Positions 1 through 11,921 of a stretch of DNA of 64,000 nt are shown piece by piece. A program made the position numbers and the translations under genes. The notes beneath the pieces are model-generated. The model did no database searches. It was given only the letters and a program-made list of their open reading frames with translations, and was not told the DNA's origin. The stretch is from contig CAWJKZ010000018.1 in the NCBI GenBank assembly GCA_963843575.1, forward strand, positions 1 to 64,000, in the 5' to 3' direction. Origin of the DNA: an uncultured Acidobacteriota bacterium (GTDB lineage: Bacteria; Acidobacteriota; UBA6911). The number at the start of each line of letters is the position of its first letter. Position 1 is the stretch's first letter.

Positions 1-129
1 AGATCCAAAGTCCGGCCATCCCTCGATCCCCTTCCGTTTCTGGATTCGACCATAGTCAATCGGCTTCCAGCACCGACGATCCGCAATCTTGAACCGGTCA
101 TTATGACACAGGCGGCAGACAGGGAAACG

Positions 130-457
130 GACAGCATCCATGGCCGCCGACCGCTGAAACGCATTGAAAGCAATGGATTGCCCATAGGTGTGCACCCGGG
201 TTCTGATTATTTGGCGTGAGATTTCACGCTCGTCGCCGGGGATCGGCTACTGCTTTATACGGATGGCCTCCTGGAAGCTGAAAATGACGTCGGGGAGTGC
301 CTTCGGCGACAGCAAGCTCGAACAGATCTTGCGCACCTATCACGCGCAGCTGGCGGCTAAGCTCTCGGAGCACGTGCTGACCGAGCCGCGCAATTGGTAG
401 CCGAGAGCCAGCTCACAGCAGGATGACATCACATTAGTGATTATTGACGTGCTCTAA
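130..457 (+). pseudogene. PP2C/SpoIIE (RsbU-like) phosphatase C-terminal remnant
   Basis: Reads DRLLLYTDGLLEAEN, then a frameshift at ~300 to FGDSKLEQIL, an in-frame TAG at 398-400, then QQDDITLVIIDVL*. YTDG and DDIT are the PP2C metal-binding motifs. 5' limit approximate. Confidence 0.8.
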
Positions 458-546
458 GCTGTGCTCCGCAACAAATCCGTCGGTAGCGAGAAGCTCGGCG
501 GCGGACGGTGCTGTTTTGCAGGGCTGGGGGCTCCAATATTACCGGC

Positions 547-567
547 TTGGTGCCAAGTTGGTGCCAA
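547..567. repeat. Tandem TTGGTGCCAA x2, possible integrase arm-type sites
   Basis: Exact 10-bp direct repeat at 547-556 and 558-567. A related TGGTGCCA lies at 816-823, so the motif occurs on both sides of the tRNA fragment. Confidence 0.5.
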
Positions 568-668
568 ACTTAGGCCAGGAAGCGCCTGGAGGAGTTTCCC
601 ACAGCCCCAATCCTCGGTTTTATGTGGGGATACGTGTTCCTGGCTGTTCTCAGTTTGGTCCTGGGCTG

Positions 669-715
669 GACTCTTAATCAGTAGGTTGAAGGTTCGATTC
701 CGTCACGGCTCACCA
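669..715 (+). tRNA. 3' half of tRNA-Lys(CTT), non-functional, att-like fragment
   Basis: GACTCTTAATCAG anticodon arm (CTT), T-arm GAAGG-TTCGATT-CCGTC (one mismatch), ACGGCTC-A-CCA end. No GAGCCGT 5' acceptor strand upstream. Confidence 0.8.
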
Positions 716-1039
716 AAGATTCTAAAGCACTTACGGGCTTTTAAAATTCTGCCACATGGCGATGTTTGTGCCTATTTCGCTCAAACGTAGAAAAGTCTGT
801 ACATGCCAACCCATGTGGTGCCAGTCGGAATTGTTTCTGTCAGTCACAAGCATCCGGCGATAGTACCGCGTGGACTTGCTGTGGGTATCTCGGGCCCGCG
901 GAACCCCGAAGAGGGCCGACCGCCGCGCGAAAGTTCGGATATTCGTTGGCCAGCCCAACTGGAGCTGGCGCGGTCCTGGAGTGCGCCCAAAGAAAGCGGG
1001 GTTTGATGTTCTTATGCGCCGTTCCGTCTCTTTTTCGGT

Positions 1040-1431
1040 GCGCGGCCCGACGACTCGTTCGGGCTCACGGCCGCGCGGATCAACGACCTGAACCTCGTCC
1101 TCGTTGATCGCTTCGCCCTCGCGGATGTCGATTGCTCGCTGACGTTGCCATCGAGGCTCGAGTTGAAAAAGGCCTGGAGGTTCGTTCAGTGATGCACCTT
1201 GGCGAAGGTCAGCTTCACGACGGTCTTGTACGTCTCCCGGTGCAGATCGGTCCGTGGTGTGGATCACACCGGGACCCTTCTCCCTTCCACTCCTCGACCA
1301 CTACGGGGTGGCTTTCCAGTCAGGGCGCGGACCGGGATAGCGTCTCGCCGCGCCAGTCGTCCAGCTCCTCGATTCTCGCATCGATGAGCTGAGCGGGAGG
1401 TCCCATCTTTCTTCGAGCCGATCTTCTTCAT
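1040..1431 (-). pseudogene. DUF1801-family protein, multiply frameshifted
   Basis: Joined frames give QLIDARIEELDDWRGETLSR...VVEEWK...CTGETYKTVVKLTFAK...FNSSLDGNV...RAIDIREGEAINED. Confidence 0.75.
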
Positions 1432-1849
1432 GTCGTTCTTCTTCCTGCACATCCCTTTGGTCGCGCGCCTCGTGGCGTCGGGCCTCGAAGAGCCAGGCTC
1501 AGGCTCCACTTGTCCAACGCCTTGCGGACTTGCAGCCAGCCCCGTTGCCTATCGATGGCGGATTGTTCGGCGGTGACTGCCATCGGGGAGAGAGCCGGCT
1601 GGTCAGCGATGCAGAGCCGTTGATGCACGTGTGCCCGCGGCTCACGTTGCCGGACCATCGGCTCAAGCGCTCATGTCCACTGACGCGCTGTGGCCCAACC
1701 GCACCGGATCATCGCGTCAGTTCCGTGTCACAGCGGCTGTGAAGGGCTGGGACAGGGGCGGGCCATTGGCGCTCTCCGGCAACCTGGTCGCCTCGACTCG
1801 GATGTGGTCACAAAGCGACTCCGATCTACCGCAGCCAGTGCTGCGAGAT

Positions 1850-2200
1850 CAGAGTACTGTGTGACGAGCGCGTCTTGTCCCCCTCGATCTTTCTATCACT
1901 GGCATGCCCAAACTCGATCTTCCGGCCTGTCGGGCGATGGTGCCCGTGGGCAACGCGAGATCTGTGTGGGTTCCACGCCAGGTCGGTTCTTATCGTGGCG
2001 GTGTTCCCGCTTGCTACGATGCGATCGATGGTTGCCTTGGAGTACTCGAAACACCGTCGCCCACCCTTGCCCGAGACTGATGATCCGGTCGATTCCCTGG
2101 ACTTTCTGTCCGCTCGCCAACTTCATCGTAACGGACAAAGCGTCAGGGCTGCTCGGATTGCGTCCAGTCCTTTTACCGTCGGCGAGCGTGACCTGGCATC
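1850..2200 (-). pseudogene. SnoaL-like ester cyclase remnant
   Basis: Joined frames give KATIDRIVASGNTAT...TWRGTH...LPTGTIA/PTGRKIEF...KIEGDK. Many indels; limits approximate. Confidence 0.6.
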
Positions 2201-2684
2201 CTCGATCACCGATCCCCTGTGCTGCGGCTGTCGTTTCCGCATCGGTGACCCCTCTCGATCTGCATTTCTCTCGGGCACACTCGCAACACGCACGGAAACA
2301 CGCGGGGGGAGCCGCGATGGTGGGTGTGTCGTTGTCCGTCGTCGATCTGTCTACCCGAGAGCAGTTACGAATTATGTGAGTGAGCGATCGGGACACAAGG
2401 GCTTTCTCGTCGGTAGTCGGTCTCGGGATAGGCAGCTCCGCCTCGTAGGGTCGCCGGAGCGGGGGAGCAGGGCCTCCGACCCTGTCGGTTTGCCAAGACT
2501 CGGCCGATCGCCATCGGAGGGGTTGTTTCACGCCCACGCAGTCCGAGATCTCTGCTTGCCGTACGTGGCGGGTGTGCCGGCGCAGGTACGTCGACGACGC
2601 CGCTGCAGAGAACCGGCAGCTCAAAAAGACGTGAACGGTGAGCAGGGGACACCGGTGACTGTCCCCGGTGGAAGATTTCGATCA

Positions 2685-4926
2685 CTATCCTTGCCGCTTT
2701 TTCGCGACTTGATGCTCCGATCCACGGGGGCCTTCTGTCCCAGGAAGCTTACCCTCGGCGACCCACCGTCCCCACGACACGGTCGACTGCAGCTCCCCTG
2801 CGCGAGGGCCTTCTGAAGCTCGATGCCCCGGCACGTGGAAGAAGAGGGTGTAGGGCGCGTCAGGAACGGTGTCCGAAGTACCTTGCAGGGTCATGGAAGA
2901 GGAGGTCCAACTCTGTTTCAGGATGCCCACGGCCCCCGTGAGATGGCGGCTGTTGGCGATCAGTTGCGGCCGCTCGAGCCGCGCGTGAACGTGGAACACG
3001 GCGGTCCCGTGAGCAGGCAGTTCCGTCTGGAAACCGCGGTCCGCTGCCTCGACCGGCCGCTCCTTCCAGAAGTCGAAAACCACGAAATGCCGGCCTGCAT
3101 CCAGACCGAGATCGTTCTCGAACGAGACTGAGCGCTGTTCGGGCCCGTCCGACCAGTTGGTCGCGGCCACCACGTCGTACCTCCCGGAGGGCATGTTGAT
3201 CTTCAGGTCCAGAATCCTGGGATAGCTTTCCACCGCACGGCCACGCCCGAAGAGATCGATTGGTAAGATGGGCAGGATTGGAATAGCTTTCCTGATCAGC
3301 TCCACGCGGTCCGTGTCCAGGTTCGGCATGTCGTCGCCGCTCAGCCACTGGAGGCCCGCGATGCTCAACAGGCTGGCGGCGGTGCGTGCCTCTTCCAGGC
3401 TCAGGAATTCGGTATTTCGCTTGCGCTTGAGGTCCGAGCGGGTGGGTTTGCCCCGCAATACGATGCAATCCGGGTCGCTGTACCAGATAATGTGGTTCTG
3501 GTAGGTGTTGTTGCTGATCACCTCGAAGAAGTTGTTCATCTGCCGCCATCCCGGGCCGGGGTCCCGGCCGCAGCCCACTACATCCACGTACCCCATGCGT
3601 CCGCCCCAGTTGTCCGGGTGGTTGGTATGCCAGACCTCCGGGCCCATGATCTCGCGAAAGATCCTCAGCGTCTCCACCGAGAGGTCGAAAGGAGTTTTCG
3701 ATTTGTCGTAAAAGCGCGACCTGTTTTTTCTCCCACTGAGGCACAGTGCTGCCCATATCGAACTTGTGGTACTCCCAGCCCTGCGCCTTCAAGTTCTTCC
3801 ACAGCGGAATCCAATAGTCGCTGATGACGTCGGGACGTGAAAAATCCAGCTCCCCGCCCCCTGGTAATCCATGGCAATCCTGCCCTGCTCGTCCCGCAGG
3901 AACCACTCCGGCTTGCCATGTTCCACGCAATAGGAGTAGGGAACGGTCCAGAGCCCGGGGACGAAGCCTTTCGACTTGATGTAGCGGGCCAGCCATTCGG
4001 GGCCATGAGGGAAGGTTTCGGCATCCCAATCCCTGTCCCAGTGGCGGTGCGCCGTGTGGTCGAAGCCGTCGTCGAGCTGGATGTGAAGCATTCCATATTG
4101 CTTGAGATTGGCCTCTATCCAGTCGGCGGCCTGCACGATGTCCTGCTCGGTCACATCACGAAAGAACGCGAGCCAGTGGTTCCACCCGTGGGTGCCGTCT
4201 TGTGGTAGGTATCGTCGAGCGGAACGTAGCGCGGCATTCCCAGCACCTTGACGTAATAGTCGGGTTCCAGGGAGACGAGTGTCGTGCTGCCAGCGACAGA
4301 CAGGGTCACCTGCATGGTTTGCGGGTCGCGCGGATCACGCGACAGCCGGGCGCCGTCGGCAAACCGGATGGCGATATCGGTTGGCCGGTCAAAGAGGCCA
4401 TGCAGGTTGCGCGAGTCGACCGGGCCGAGCGCAAGGTACATCGCGTGCGGGCTGTCGGGCGGAATGTAGGACCATTCCTCCATGGGCTCGCCCGTGTAGT
4501 CGACCTCTTTGCCAACCTGGTGCACCCGCATCCTGCCGGTTTCCGCCAGGCGCGCAGGAATCCTCTGAGTGCCCGCGGGTGCGGCGGCCGTCACGACCGT
4601 TCCGGAAACGGCGGTTCGCACCTCGATGGAGTTCTCCGCCGTGCGGAACTCCCAGGCGGCCGGCGAAGGCGCTTTTGCCATTACGGCGAGACCTGCGGCA
4701 CCTCGATCGGTGACGATCCAGCCGGTGAAAGGAACAAGGCCGTTTCTCGCCGGCTTTGCAGTCTGACCCCGGTCAACACGGGGCCAAGCCTGGTGTGGCT
4801 GACGGAGAGGATGGCCTTGCCCTCATCCACCCTGAAGGACCAGGGACCTTTTTTGTACTCCCCTGCGTAAGTGGAAGGGACGAGAAGCAGCAAAAGCAAC
4901 AGTACGATTCCCGCAGATTTCCCCAT
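2685..4926 (-). pseudogene. Secreted alpha-galactosidase-like glycoside hydrolase (GH27/GH36 clan), split by several frameshifts
   Basis: Signal peptide MGKSAGIVLLLLLLLVPSTYA. Motifs WNHWLAFF, IQLDDGF, FPHG, GLW, LDFSRP, YHKFD and YSDPDC are spread over consecutive ORFs (4681-5016, 4151-4681, 3789-4154, part of 2860-4029, 2685-3677). Confidence 0.8.
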
Positions 4927-5028
4927 ATCGGCACCCTCACTATTCATCTGTTGTCCGCAAGGCCTGATCCTATCCCAGTGTGGGAACCAAACCGCTCTTG
5001 TGCCGGACTCCCTCACCGCTGGCTGGCT

Positions 5029-5260
5029 TCATTCCGGTTCCACGCCGGGGTCTTCCGCGACTGACTCCGTCACGATAAGCGTGACATCGGGATGCTCGCG
5101 TAGGAAGCTGGCGGGGAACATTGGCGTGACTGGCAAGCGGTATCCCGCGGGTTGGGAGCTTTTTGAATGCCTCGTTCGCTCCCCCGAAACATATGCCAAT
5201 TCCCCCCACAGCCTCGATTGCAGCGGAATACGCCGCCATGCCCCGGGCGTTGTGAATTTG
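5029..5260 (-). pseudogene. Glucosamine-6-phosphate deaminase/isomerase (NagB-like) remnant with internal deletions
   Basis: YSAAIEAVGGIGICFGG and EAFKKLPTR are joined to the C-terminus PVTPMFPASFLREHPDVTLIV; most of the gene is missing. Confidence 0.65.
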
Positions 5261-5290
5261 CATCTGCACGAAGCCGACAACAAAGCGAGT

Positions 5291-5383
5291 CATGGCACCC
5301 GTTTTTATATCACATAGGTCCATCCTGGCGTCCGTCTTAACTGCTGAATTTACGGCCTTACGGAGTACTGGCGACACACAGGG
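5291..5383 (-). mobile_element. Isolated IS-end-like repeat (copy 1)
   Basis: About 92 bp, starting CCTGTGTGTCGCCA on the minus strand, similar to 28339-28430 (shared core CCATCCTGGCGTCCGTCTTAACTGC). Confidence 0.6.
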
Positions 5384-5526
5384 ATTGTCCGCGTCGAGAC
5401 TGTGCCTATGAGCACGATAAGCTTATCTGGCGAAGCGCAACTGATATCGCCACTGCGCCGGGCCGCCTCGAGCCGGCTCGCCACGGGAGTAACACTCGAG
5501 CACCAGGAACATCTTCAGGACTGGCC

Positions 5527-5540
5527 ATGAAATGTTTCAC
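5527..5540. promoter_or_regulatory. Putative LacI-family operator
   Basis: ATGAAATGTTTCAC is the exact reverse complement of GTGAAACATTTCAT at 17097-17110. Confidence 0.6.
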
Positions 5541-6085
5541 TGAATGATGGCGGGCATGTCGGCAGGCTTGCGAGTGTCAATCTGCAGGCTCCGGTTGCTG
5601 AGGATAAATGGATGCCGGGGGTCGCCCTCTACCACCAGTGGGACAAGCCGGTCCTCGCCGCAGTTGCGGCCCTGTGCGGAAGTATGCGTGTCGATCCACC
5701 TCCACCAGCGCGGGCGCACCGTCGTGCTGATCGAAGATCTAATCGAGCCGGGGGGAATGAGTGTGCCCGGTTCTCGCGCCCTCCGCAGGCGAAGTGACCG
5801 ACCAGGCTGGCCCGGGCTTCGACCGCCGGCTTGCGGCGGAGATCCTTGCCGCTGCATGAAACCGGTGTGTTTTCAGGCGGCCACAGCCTCCGATGTGCGG
5901 TGTCGAGATGGGCGTAGCAATCCGAAGCAATCCACGGGTCGCTCTCGTGGAGCGGCCCCTGTTCACGATCGGCCTGAATGCCGAGCCGCCGCTTTCCATC
6001 CCCGGGGTGATCGCCGATGCGCCCCTGGCCACATGCGAAGCGGATTTGCTGGCTGGCACGGGCAAGGCAGGATCATGCCTTGTTG

Positions 6086-6139
6086 ATGAAATTTCATGAA
6101 ACTTATCACTTGACACTCGCAAACGGGTCTTACTATAGT
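6086..6139 (+). promoter_or_regulatory. Sigma70 promoter of the TonB receptor with adjacent operator-like sites
   Basis: TTGACA at 6110-6115 and TATAGT at 6134-6139 (18-bp spacer). Directly preceded by the palindrome ATGAAATTTCAT (6086-6097) and ATGAAACTTATCAC (6096-6109). Confidence 0.65.
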
Positions 6140-6272
6140 GCAGCTTATTGGCCCTCGGAGACCAGTTGGCATTCTACAGATTGGCATTGCGCATTCTTGC
6201 ACTTCCCTGTGTTGTCTTGTGACCTCTCGACGGATCCGAATCCGGGAAAGTCGTTCAAAGAAGGAGGGGATA

Positions 6273-9200
6273 GTGATCACGAAACACGGTTTTTGGATTG
6301 GAATCGTTGTCGGTGGTGTGATTCTCCTGGTGGGGGCAGGACTGTTGCAGGCATCAATCAACCGAGGCGTGATTAAAGGCACGGTCGTAGATGCGCAAAA
6401 AGCAGTGATGCCAGGAGTTACAGTCCTGGTAAAAAACGTGGAAACCGGAATAGAGACGAAGCTCACCTCGAACTCGGTTGGTTTTTTTCTCGCTCCGGAA
6501 TTAGTCCCGGGCAAGTACCTGGTTCGGTTTGAAGCCACTGGTTTCCGTGTCCTGGAGATCACTGATGTCATCGTCAAGGCTGGAACAACCACCAACGCAG
6601 ATGGTGAAATGACGATTGGCGAAACTACTGAACGTATTGAGGTCACTGCTGAACCGCCGTTGCTGGAGAACACCCCGTCCAATTTCAGCACTGGAGTGAG
6701 CACACGCTACATGGAAGACCTGCCCCTCCAGGGCCGTGACATTCAGACGCTTGTGCAGCTCTTCCCCGGCGTGGTGCAGTCGAGCGGACCGTCTGCCTCG
6801 GTGTTTGGCACCAATAGCCAATTTGGCGGATTCCCCGATCCTCTCCACATGGTCGGATCGAGCATCAGCTCCAACGGGAGTCAAGCGGGAGCCAACGCGT
6901 GGTTTCTGGAAGGATCGCTGAACGCCACGGTCGGCGCGGAAGCAACTACCGTCAATCCTTCACCCGATGCCGTGCAGGAATTCAACCTGGTGCAAAACAA
7001 CCTGGCCGCGGAGTATGGTCGTACCAGCGGCATGGTGGTCAATGTCGTGCTCAAATCGGGGACTAATGATCTGCATGGTTCAGTCTACGGGACCAACCGC
7101 AACTCGGTGTTCAGCGCCTCCAATCCTTTTGCGCGACGCGACGCCGACGGCAAGCCCCTCCTCAGCCCTTGGTCGAACTGGAACAACTTTGGGGGTACGT
7201 TTGGGGGGCCGGTTTACATTCCGGGTGTTTACAACGGGAAGAACCGCACGTTCTTCTTTGTTTCTGACGAAGTGTCTTTTCTCCACGCGAAAGCAGAACA
7301 GGGTTTTGACGGTTCCGTTGCCCAACGAGAAGCGGGGGGACTTCAGGGGGGATCCGCGATTTACGGATACCTGCGACGTGGTCAACAATCCGGGCCAGTG
7401 CATTTACGATCCTGCAACGACAGCGGGGAGTGCCGGCTCTTACACCCGGCAGCCCTTCGCCACACCGGTCATCCCGCAGAGCCGGATCGATCCTCTGGCC
7501 AAGTATTATCTTGACTCCATCCCCGACCCCAACTTTGTGGATCCGCTCTCGACCTGCGGCATCTACTGCAACAACTATATAGGCCAGGTGGGAAGCAGCA
7601 TGACCACCCACAATTTGTCGGTGAAGGTGGACCACAAACTCACCGATCAGAACCGGCTTTTTGTGAGCTGGCTATTCAATCCAAGCTACTACACGAACTT
7701 CCGTTTTCCATGGAACGGTCCGACCGCACCCACCAACACGGGCCTTTCGGGGGCCAACCCGTATAACACCCGCAGTCAGCTGGCCATCATTGGACTGACA
7801 TCCACTTTGTCTTCGACTCTGATCAATGACGCACGTTTCTCTTTTGGACGGCAGTCTCTCAGGGCCCGGCCCAATCTGGATTCGGTGACCCATACCAGCG
7901 AGGTCCAGCAAAGAGTCAAGGATCTCAACTTCTGGCTGTTCTCGCCGGGTCAGGAAGTCCCGACGATCTCCTTCTATAACGTCAATGAGAATATTTCCTG
8001 GGGTACGGTCGCCTATCAGAACAACAGCTTGGGTCAACAGGCCTATACCGCGACTGACAACATCACGAAAGTCTGGGGCCGCCATACCATTAAGGGAGGT
8101 TTCAGTTTCCGGCGGAACAATCTCTGGGGCACGATGCCGACAGGCTATAACATCGGTTTCGACGGGATGCTGACGAACAACCCGGAAACCTGGTCGGGAG
8201 GGAGCGGGCTCGCTCAATTCCTGCTAGGCGCAGTCCAGGAGGGCTCGGGCAGTTCCGCCATCCAGTATTCACCGTGGCAGACCAACGACGACTATGCCGC
8301 CTTTGTGCAGGATGACATCAAGGTGTCTCAGAATTTCACGATCAACCTGGGGCTCCGCTGGGATGTCTACGGCTGGATCCGTGAGCGGCACAACATGCTG
8401 GCCAACTTCGACCTCACGCAGAAGAATCCTGACGTGAATGCCATGGGCAGAATGTACTACCCGGGAACTTCGGGCCATCCCGACCGCAACCTTTTCCCCG
8501 CCAACAAAGATAGTTTCGGCCCGCGTTTCGGGTTTGCCTGGTCCCCCTTTGCCGACCACAAAACGGTCATCCGCGGCGGATATGGCCTGGTATACAGCAA
8601 CAGCCTTTCGGCAGCATTTGGCCAGGGGAATGGAGCCTATAACACCCCGGGATCCTATGTCGCAATGTTCACGCCTTGGGGGCCCGACTGGTGGTACTTG
8701 CAGGGTTGGACCCTGAGCCAGGGGGCTCCTTCACTGAACTTCCCCGACCTCGACGCCAACAGGAAATCTCAAAACCAGTTTGTTGGCCAGGCGACCAGCC
8801 TTTACGGTTTCATCAAAGGGGACAAGGACCCCTACGTTCAACAATGGAACATCTCCATCCAACGGGAGCTGCCCGGCTCCATCGTTGTGAGCGCGGCTTA
8901 TGTCGGCAGTCACGGGCTGCACCTTCTGGGAGACGAGATTCGGAACCTCAACCAGATTTCGAAAGCCGACCTGTCCAAGAACAGGTGGGGAATGAACGAT
9001 TACGTCTACGAAGTGGACTCATCACTTGACGGACTCTGGGGCGACTGCGGGCGTTGGTATGATCCCAACAAGGTTGTATGTTCAGGCTGGTATGCCCTGG
9101 CACCGTACCCGCAGTGGTGGTCCGCCCAGGCGACTCTCTCACCCGACGGCTACAACAGGTACCACTCAGGGCAACTCCGCGTTGAAAAGCGCTACTCGGA

Positions 9201-10098
9201 CGGCCTGAATTTCCTCGGCGCCTACACGTATTCAAAAAATATGGTGAGCGCCGGCCTTGGGGCGTTGGTGGCAAACTCTGTTGGCCCGACCGTTCTCGGC
9301 AACCGGGGGGTTGGACGGATTGCCTATGTCCCGGGTGCGGCAGGAGGCGGCGTGGCGGACGGCTCCAGGCACACTGGCCCTGAAGATCTGGCGAACATGC
9401 GTCGTTACGGCGGCTTAGCCCCTGACGACACAACGCATGTGTTCAACATAGCCGGCACCTATGAACTTCCCTTTGGCAAAGGGAGGAAGTGGGCCAACAC
9501 GAACAAATGGGCCAACGTCCTCTTGGGCGGGTGGAAAATAACGCAAAACTGGAATGCCCAGACGGGCGTCCCTATGTTCTTCAGCGGCCCTTGCGGCGGA
9601 GCTTACTCGACCATGACCTGCCGGCCCAATTTAGTGGGAGACCTCTCGGCCGGGCGAAGCAGCAAGACGAGGCAACAACTCCAGCAACAGTGGTACAATC
9701 CCGCTGCACTGTGCGCCGCTTGGGGGTGTGACCAGGCACTGACCACAGCCCTCTACAACGGTGATCGCGATTTCCAGAACAGCGTGGACTCTTTCTGGCA
9801 ACTCGGCAACGCCGGCCTGAGGCCCCCTTCCGGCCGCGCTCCGGGATTCTGGAATGCCGATATGTCTCTGGCAAGGACCTTCACCTTCTCGGAGTCGAGG
9901 AATCTCAATTTTCGCTGGAACGTGTTCAACGCCTTCAACCACCAGAATCTGGGGATTCCCAACTCCAACTGGTGTCTGTCGCCGGGACCAAACGGCGAGA
10001 CTGATTCTGTCCGACAGTTCGGCTGCTCCTTTGGGCAGATTACCAATGTGCAGACGGATCCGCGAAGCATGGAGTTCTCTTTGAGATTGCAGTGGTGA
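6273..10098 (+). CDS. TonB-dependent receptor with carboxypeptidase-regulatory-like N-domain (Acidobacteria type); one frameshift at ~7290
   Basis: RBS AGGAGG before GTG 6273; signal peptide; GTVVDAQKAVMPG, PSPDAVQEF, AEYGRTSG, LNLGLRW-like INLGLRWD, FGPRFGFAW; ends RSMEFSLRLQW. Two overlapping ORFs join at HAK/KQNRVLTVP. Confidence 0.9.
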
Positions 10099-10179
10099 AA
10101 TAACAGTGCCCCGAAGGAGGCTACCGCGTAGATAGCGGTTGCGCTCTGCGAGCGATACCTCGTCACTGGCGGTCGTCCA

Positions 10180-10620
10180 TCAGGAGAAGAAAGGCCTCAC
10201 GTCATCGAACAGGAGGGCCTCGCCCTTCTCGAGGGTCCGGTTTCTCCGGACCGCCACCATCCGATAGCTCTTGCGGCAGCGAGTCGGACGGTAATCGAAC
10301 TGGGCGATCTGTCCGACGCCGCGGCGAGTGTCGGTGAACCTAGTTCCCTGATGGCCCGCTCCTTCACGTCTTCCGGAAGGCGTCGTTCTTGGGCTATGAC
10401 CTGGTAGCGGACAGGCCGCCGCAGCGGTTGCCAGCTGCCTCCGGCACGGCTTATCCCGTGTCGGAGGGTGTTCTTGCCGGCATCGTACGGGACACCGAAA
10501 CCGGCTCCTGGGCGACGGTCCCGTCCGCGTAGAAAATCGCTTCTTCCCGAAAAGAAGCATGCTGTAGGCTCTAGACCTTGTTCCTGAATTCGTTGATGGC
10601 TTCCTGAAGGCCGAAGATCC
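10180..10620 (-). mobile_element. IS1380-like transposase remnant
   Basis: Fragments RYQVIAQERRLPEDVKERAIRE and IAQFDYRPTRCRKSYRMVAVRRNRTLEKGEALLFDDVRPFF resemble IS1380-family transposase; frameshifted. Confidence 0.6.
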
Positions 10621-10686
10621 AATCCTCACCTTGTACCGGTGATTCTAGGCAGTCTCCCCGGTGATGCCGTTAAGGGTGTTGCGGAG

Positions 10687-11634
10687 ATGAGGACAGTGTC
10701 CAGGCATGCAGTGGCGGACATCGGTTTACTGCTGCTGGTCAATGCGCTGTGGGGTGCTCAATTCGCCGCCTACAAGCTCGTGAGCAGCGATCTCGGGCCA
10801 CTCACGGTCAGCGCCTTGATCTTCGTGATCGCGATCCTCGTACTGTCGCCCTTCGCCGCCATGGAATACGCGCGGACGAGTCGGGCGATGGATCTGCAGG
10901 GAAACCCCGGACACACCCGTTCGGTGCGCGACCTCGCGGGATTCTTCGTCATCGGCGCCTTCGGACTGGTGCCGGCCTCGTCCTTCATGGCATGGGGCGT
11001 CGCGCGTTCCACCGCATCGAATTCCGCGTTGATCAATCTAACCATCCCGGTCATCACGGCGCTCATGGCCTGCGCCCTGCTGGGCGAGAAAATGACGCGC
11101 CTTCGTTGGGCAAGCCTTGTCATCTCCGTGGCGGGGGTCCTGATTCTTTCCGACATCGACTGGCGCCACCTCGAACTGGCGAGCAACAAATTCCTTTTCG
11201 GAAATGCCCTCGTCCTCCTTTCGTGCACCAGCAGTTCGCTCTACAACGTGTGCTCCAAGGGGTTGCTGCGCCGATTCTCTCCTTTCCAGGTGCTGATATT
11301 CGGGTATGGCGTGGCGGCTGTAGTCAGCATACCTCTGGTCTTTGCGACCGAACCGATTTCGTTGGCTGGGATTGCCTCCTGCTCACGCAACACATGGATC
11401 GGACTGGCCCTCCTCGGCATATTCGTCTGGGGATTGGCCATGGCACTGTGGCTCTTCCTGCTGACTCGGCTTGATGTCAGCCAGGCCTCGGTTTCCGTTT
11501 ACCTGCTCCCTTTTTTCGGAGTGTTGATTTCTGCAATTTTCCTTAATGAGAAGGTGACCGGAATCATGATGTTAGGCGGTGTCATGACGCTGGCCGGCAC
11601 GGTACTCGTTGTTGTACTGGAGGGTAATGGATAA
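10687..11634 (+). CDS. EamA/DMT-family transporter
   Basis: About 10 TM helices, LWG motif, STASNSALI...P, LGEK and LNEK repeats. Confidence 0.9.
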   Translation: MRTVSRHAVADIGLLLLVNALWGAQFAAYKLVSSDLGPLTVSALIFVIAILVLSPFAAMEYARTSRAMDLQGNPGHTRSVRDLAGFFVIGAFGLVPASSFMAWGVARSTASNSALINLTIPVITALMACALLGEKMTRLRWASLVISVAGVLILSDIDWRHLELASNKFLFGNALVLLSCTSSSLYNVCSKGLLRRFSPFQVLIFGYGVAAVVSIPLVFATEPISLAGIASCSRNTWIGLALLGIFVWGLAMALWLFLLTRLDVSQASVSVYLLPFFGVLISAIFLNEKVTGIMMLGGVMTLAGTVLVVVLEGNG

Positions 11635-11921
11635 CACTTCTGATTCGATCGCCCAGGCGTGCTCAAGGCGCAGGCATTCGGTGCCACCGTGAATGGCGTT
11701 CTGCAGATCCCGCCGGAGTCTATTGCGGCGACCTGAGGCCGCTACCGGACGGGACCGTGGTCGCCGACACGATCTCAACTGGCTTGTATGCCCAGACCAC
11801 CGGGACCGCGCAGCGCGAGACAGACACGCGGTGCGGGCGGGCGCCCCGGAAAACTGTCATGACCGGGATATCGCGTCTGGCAATTACTTCAAAAGCCCCG
11901 AGAGGGAGGAAGAGCCCTGAC

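Noticed and set aside
640-715. Complete functional tRNA-Lys gene
   Set aside because: The 5' acceptor strand and D-arm do not pair and the T-stem has a mismatch; kept only as a fragment.
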